From Octopus sinensis (lineage: Eukaryota), in assembly GCF_006345805.1 (NCBI RefSeq), contig NC_043008.1:23374001-23438000 (forward strand): a DNA stretch of 64,000 nucleotides. The letters run 5' to 3'. A model generated the notes under the pieces. It was not told where the DNA came from. It worked only from the letters and a program-made list of their open reading frames with translations, and made no database searches. Below, one piece after another: positions 61,748 through 64,000 of this stretch. Every line of letters starts with the position of its first letter. Position 1 is the stretch's first letter. A program made the position numbers and the translations under genes.

Positions 61748-62265
61748 GAGTGAGAGAGCAGTGCATGCCATCAAAGTAACACTGGGGTAAAATATACGAA
61801 GCCCAGTATACCCATCATGACTACCCGTCTGATAAGGGTACACTAGGCACATGCATCACAACCATATGTGCGTGACATGGTGATCTCATATCAAGATAAA
61901 CAGCACATGACCTTGCAGGTGGGGCCCATCCTTCTCAAAAGGTCCCTGAATTAATAAAGGTTGTTTAAGGGTGTTGAACGAAACACCCATGTTTCCAGAG
62001 GTGAATTATTCAAACCCCAAAGAATCCCTCTCAACACATAGCGATGATGCTCCCCCACTACTTCTGCCTGTGATCAGAGATGCACATATCGTCAGCCACT
62101 AAGGGACATGCTCAACTGGTTATGGTCAAACAACTGATAAGCAAATCTGTGGTATTGAGCAGAATATTTGCTGTAGTCCATCTTTTATACCAAGACAAAA
62201 TAATGTACATGATAACACTTCCAATCAGTTAACATCAGAAGCCACAAGAGCAACTGCCTGATACT
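61720..62265 (-). mobile_element. Dispersed retroposon with (TAA)n tail inserted in the 5' LTR
   Basis: The (att)n tract adjoins the LTR; the body is non-coding; family not assigned. Confidence 0.55.
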
Positions 62266-62267
62266 GC

Positions 62268-62303
<36 letters not shown>

Positions 62304-64000
62304 CATTCAGTAGTTTTATTTTTATAACGTGCTTTCACTTCACTACCGAGCGCAGCTCTGTGTACCTTGGGTATGTGCTGTGATTTATTGTGATGCTCTG
62401 ATGGTTACTGTATTGAAAGTGTTCTGCGTAGGATGTGTGCAGTGCCTTGTAGTGCAATTTTCTGTATGTTATATGTGTTTGTAAGTCCTGGTGTTTTTGT
62501 TATGTATTTGTCTGAATATTTTTTTATCATGCCTAATGCACCTACTATGATAGGAATTGTTTCTGTTTTTAGATTCCACATTCTAGTTAGCTCTATTTCC
62601 AGGTCTTTGTATTTTGAAAGTTTCTCCATTTCTTTTAGAAATCTGCTAGTATTGATACATCAATTAGAAAGCATATTTTTTCTTCATGATCTCTGACAAC
62701 TATATCTGGTCTGTTGGCCTTAATTTCTCTATCTGTGTGTATTGGCATATCCCAGAGTATGGTTGCTTTCTCGTTTTCTGTGATCTTTTCTGGTGTGTGC
62801 CTATACCATCTTTTTTCTGTTGTTATTCCATGATGTTGGCATAGCTTCCAGTGTATGTAGGTCCCAACTTTGTCGTGTCTGTGAATATATTCCTTCTTAG
62901 CCAGGACTGGGCAGCCAGAGATAATATGATTTATTGTTTCTTGTCCATCTCCACATATTCTGCAGTTACTTGTTATATTTCTTTTCATTACATGTTTTTT
63001 GGTAATTCCTGGTGGGGAGGCTTTGGTCTTGTGCTGCAATTAAAAATCTCTGTCTCTACTTTGAGCCCTGAGCTTCTCAACCATTGCTGGGAATTTTCTT
63101 TGTCTATTTCTTTTGCATTTAGTTTAGTCCAGTATTTGCCATGAAGGGGCTTTTCTTGCCATCGTTTTATCATGGTTCATTGCTGTTCTAGTTTTAGTTT
63201 GGATTTCATTTGTTTTAAAGCTTTTGTTGTTTTTCTTCTTCTTCTTCTTCTTCTTCTTCTTCTTCTTCTTCTTCTTCTTCTTCTTCTTCTTCTTCTTCTT
63301 CTTCTTCTTCTTCTTCTTCTTCTTCTTCTTCTTCTTCTTCTTCTTCTTCTTCTTCTTCTTCTTCTTCTTCTTCATATTTGTTAGGTGGTATGATTTCTTG
63401 TTTGTATTTGTCAGCTTCCTTAAATACTGAGAACAGTTTTTTGTTTTGCTCGTGTTTTGCCGCTATTTGTATCAGTTTTCCTTGCTTCTGAAGTAGGTAT
63501 TTTTGCAGTCCTATGGTGGTTATTTTATAGTAGTTTTCCAGCTGTATAAGGCCTCTACCACCTTCTATACGTTGTATATATAGCCTTTCTATGTCAGATT
63601 TTAGGTGATGCATCCTAGATCTTGTCAAAATTTTTCTTGTTTTCCTATCGATTTTGGTTAGTTCATTTAGCGTCCAGTTAAGGATATTGTAGCTGTAACT
63701 TATAACTGGGATGGCTAAAGTGTTAATACCTATTATCTTGTTTTTAGCATTGAGCTCTGCTTTTAGTATTGATCTAACTCGTCTATAGTATTCTTTCTTT
63801 ATTTTCTCTTTCATTTGTGTGTGTTGTGTCTTATCTAGTTCATGGATTCCTAAATATTTGTAAGTTTGGCTTTGGTCTGATTCTCTTATTTCAATGGCTT
63901 TATCTAGTGTAATGTTGCTACTCTTAACTAGTTTTCGTCTTTTCAGGATTACTTTGGCGCATTTTTCTAATCCAAATTTCATATCTATTTCATTGGTAAA
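62268..64000 (-). mobile_element. RLE-type (R4/Dong-like) LINE 3' part
   Basis: MKFGLEKCA, YKYLGI, GGRGL, the CCHC knuckle CRICGDGQETINHIISGC, RHDKV, the RLE motif NRPDIVV..LIDV, KLSKYKDL, and a (taa)n tail at 62268-62305. Runs off the window end. Confidence 0.93.
63233..63373 (-). repeat. (GAA)47 in-frame poly-Glu expansion inside the LINE ORF
   Basis: 141 bp of perfect ttc repeats on the + strand. Confidence 0.95.

Noticed and set aside
63124-63430. Poly-K, poly-L and poly-F ORFs
   Set aside because: They are alternative frames of the (GAA/TTC)n tract.

Overview
This is an AT-rich, repeat-saturated eukaryotic window. The SINE/LINE families and long (TA)n/(CA)n tracts are typical of an octopod cephalopod such as Octopus (recognised from repeat families, not confirmed by a search). 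No complete host gene is visible, and almost every ORF in the track is either a microsatellite artefact or a decayed transposon ORF. Identifiable elements: two Helitrons, several RTE LINEs and their (GAT)n-tailed 3' ends, four Penelope-like elements (PLEs), two Ty3/Gypsy LTR elements, two hAT elements bounded by TIRs and 8-bp TSDs plus a Charlie-type fragment, mariner/Tc1 relics, RLE-type and L1-like LINE relics, tRNA-derived SINEs and several foldback/MITE palindromes. Two candidate coding exons of an unidentified + strand gene lie at 22615-22809 and 50984-51100. The most interesting signal is a set of hammerhead ribozymes (HHRs) from several unrelated sequence families. The best case is a young, ORF-less 362-bp tandem plus inverted repeat at 21301-22094, with three intact minimal type-I HHRs using the variant core UUGAAAA; it looks like a retrozyme and is predicted to release a 362-nt RNA that could circularise. 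There is also a PLE whose ~525-bp inverted termini each carry a CUGACGA-core HHR, a tRNA-headed SINE with an HHR-like tail, and several decayed HHRs. All folds and alignments were done by eye and no searches were run.
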